This document shows, piece by piece, positions 62,721 through 64,000 of a stretch of 64,000 nt of DNA. Each line of letters begins with the position of its first letter. Within the stretch, counting starts at the first letter, position 1. The notes below the pieces were generated by a model. The model was not told the origin of the DNA. It saw nothing but the letters and a program-made list of their open reading frames with translations, and ran no database searches. The translations under genes were made by a program, and so were the position numbers. Source of the stretch: Candidatus Enterousia sp. (GTDB lineage: Bacteria > Pseudomonadota > Alphaproteobacteria > Rs-D84); the NCBI GenBank assembly GCA_045587125.1, contig JAZNBN010000006.1, positions 1,118 through 65,117 on the forward strand. Reading direction: 5' to 3'.

Positions 62721-64000
62721 ATGAATAACGATACAATTTTTGCACTGTCCAGCGGACATGGAAAATCAGGCGTTGCGGTCATTCGCATTTCTGGCGAAAA
62801 ATTATCTGATATTTTCGAACGTTTTATAAACAAACCAAACATATCGCCACGTCATGCATACTTTATAAATCTGTTTGATAACGCCGATGAAATCATAGAC
62901 CAATGTTTGGCGATATATTTTCCGGATCCAAATTCTTTCACAGGCGAAGACGTTATTGAATTACACACCCATGGCGCACCTGCGGTAATAAACAAAATAT
63001 TTGATTATCTGTCCACATTAAATATGCGTATGGCAACACCTGGGGAATTTTCCAGACGTGCATTTTACAACAACAAAATGGATCTGGCAGACATTGATGG
63101 TCTGGCGGCATTACTGGACGCACAAACAGACATGCAACGCAAACATGCCCTGCGTTCTATGTTGGGCCACGACAGTGATATTTATAATACTTGGCGCAGT
63201 CAAATGATAGAAGTTTCTGCATACGCCGCCGCCATATTGGATTACAGTCCAGACGACCTGCCACCAAATATTGGTGATACAGTTCGCAAAACAACCCAGA
63301 AATTATACGACGAAATTTCAAATGCATTAAATCAATATAAAACAGTACGTGCCATTCGTGGCGGTATAAATGTTACATTGGTTGGCGAAACAAACGTTGG
63401 CAAATCATCTATATTTAATCAATTGGTTGGGACAAACCGTGCGATTGTATCTGACGTTGCAGGCACCACACGTGATGTTGTATCTTGTAATATTGATATA
63501 GATGGATTTATGATAAACCTGTCTGACACGGCCGGCATTCGTGAAACAGATGATACGGTTGAAAACATCGGTATTGAACGCACAAAATCAGAGATAGAAA
63601 ATTCAGACATTATAATTCACGTCTATACGCCGGAAACATTCGCACACAACACATTATCAGACAATGAAATTGTTGTTATAAATAAATCAGACACAATAAA
63701 AACCCAAGACACACAAAATGTAATTTATACATCTGCAAAAACAGGCGCCGGAATACCAGAATTAATGAACGTGCTGCGCAAAAAAATACATGAAATAACA
63801 AACGGTGCAGAATCTGCATTATCTATAAACGCACGCACAAAATCGTTACTGACGGATACACAAAACGAATTATCAAACGCATTGATGGCCGGTGATAATT
63901 ATGATATATTCGCGGAACACGTTCGCCGCAGTGCAGACAGCATTGGAAAAATCCTGGGGACAATATCCGCAGACGAAGTTCTGGATATGACCTTTGGCCA
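62721..64000 (+). CDS. mnmE: tRNA modification GTPase MnmE (5' part; continues beyond the window)
   Basis: My own translation from the ATG at 62721 gives MNNDTIFALSSGHGKSGVAVIRISG..., with G-domain motifs GETNVGKSS and DTAGIRET. It is absent from the ORF track because there is no stop in the window. Confidence 0.88.
   Translation, partial: MNNDTIFALSSGHGKSGVAVIRISGEKLSDIFERFINKPNISPRHAYFINLFDNADEIIDQCLAIYFPDPNSFTGEDVIELHTHGAPAVINKIFDYLSTLNMRMATPGEFSRRAFYNNKMDLADIDGLAALLDAQTDMQRKHALRSMLGHDSDIYNTWRSQMIEVSAYAAAILDYSPDDLPPNIGDTVRKTTQKLYDEISNALNQYKTVRAIRGGINVTLVGETNVGKSSIFNQLVGTNRAIVSDVAGTTRDVVSCNIDIDGFMINLSDTAGIRETDDTVENIGIERTKSEIENSDIIIHVYTPETFAHNTLSDNEIVVINKSDTIKTQDTQNVIYTSAKTGAGIPELMNVLRKKIHEITNGAESALSINARTKSLLTDTQNELSNALMAGDNYDIFAEHVRRSADSIGKILGTISADEVLDMTFG

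Noticed and set aside
62717-62725. Absence of ruvB after ruvA, considered as a possible anomaly.
   Set aside because: ruvA is followed after 4 nt by mnmE. ruvB may simply be elsewhere, since ruvC is also separate at 57.4 kb. This is gene-order scrambling, not evidence of loss.
1-64000. A scan for tRNA, rRNA, tmRNA, RNase P, 4.5S or 6S RNA genes and for IS elements or transposases.
   Set aside because: I could not recognise any cloverleaf-type or conserved ncRNA sequence in the intergenic regions by eye, and no transposase-like ORF. This is a weak negative that needs tRNAscan-SE, Infernal and ISfinder.

Overview
This is an AT-rich, gene-dense bacterial chromosome segment. It is most consistent with an alphaproteobacterium, because it carries a Ros/MucR-type regulator, an RHH_4-type protein, a Cys-less DksA, SecB, LptF/G and Lnt. 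GC-rich 'GTCAT-hairpin' mini-palindromes resemble those of host-associated Rickettsiales/Holosporales-like genomes. The lineage is inference only, since no database search was possible. I support about 70 CDS, mostly on the minus strand and mostly housekeeping: recJ (partial), ftsL-ftsI, sufS-DUF59-sufE, trxA, dksA, tatA, thrS, gltX, trmB, a fused ybeY-lnt ORF, mucR-like, rarA, ftsK, an S41 peptidase homolog, secDF-yajC, mutL, greA, lptF/G, xerD, trxB, serS, typA, recA, ruvC, mltA, secB, yebC, ruvA and mnmE (partial). I recognised no rRNA, tRNA, CRISPR array, transposase or prophage. The accessory content has four parts. (1) A co-oriented five-gene block at 20.7-28.1 kb encodes two beta-barrel outer-membrane proteins and three signal-peptide, Cys-rich proteins with shared Cys motifs, EGF-like repeats and a poly-Q/M tract. 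(2) Two paralogous Cys-rich surface proteins (about 391 aa) have near-identical ends, a divergent core and a conserved structured leader with an (AG)n microsatellite; a decayed third copy is interrupted by GC-rich mini-palindromes. (3) A glycosyltransferase island lies at 49.0-55.0 kb. (4) A four-gene operon at 12.9-14.9 kb contains an HNH-like protein, a SUKH-like protein and an RHH protein. The most unusual non-coding signal is a nested hairpin repeat of about 106-115 nt at three loci (28.2, 42.2 and 61.3 kb). It has conserved outer arms with fixed tandem G.A mismatches, a conserved apical stem, and a 17-nt self-complementary middle module that differs between copies. Each full copy starts at or a few nt after the stop codon of a housekeeping gene. 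All functional calls rest on motif recognition by eye and need homology or structure searches.
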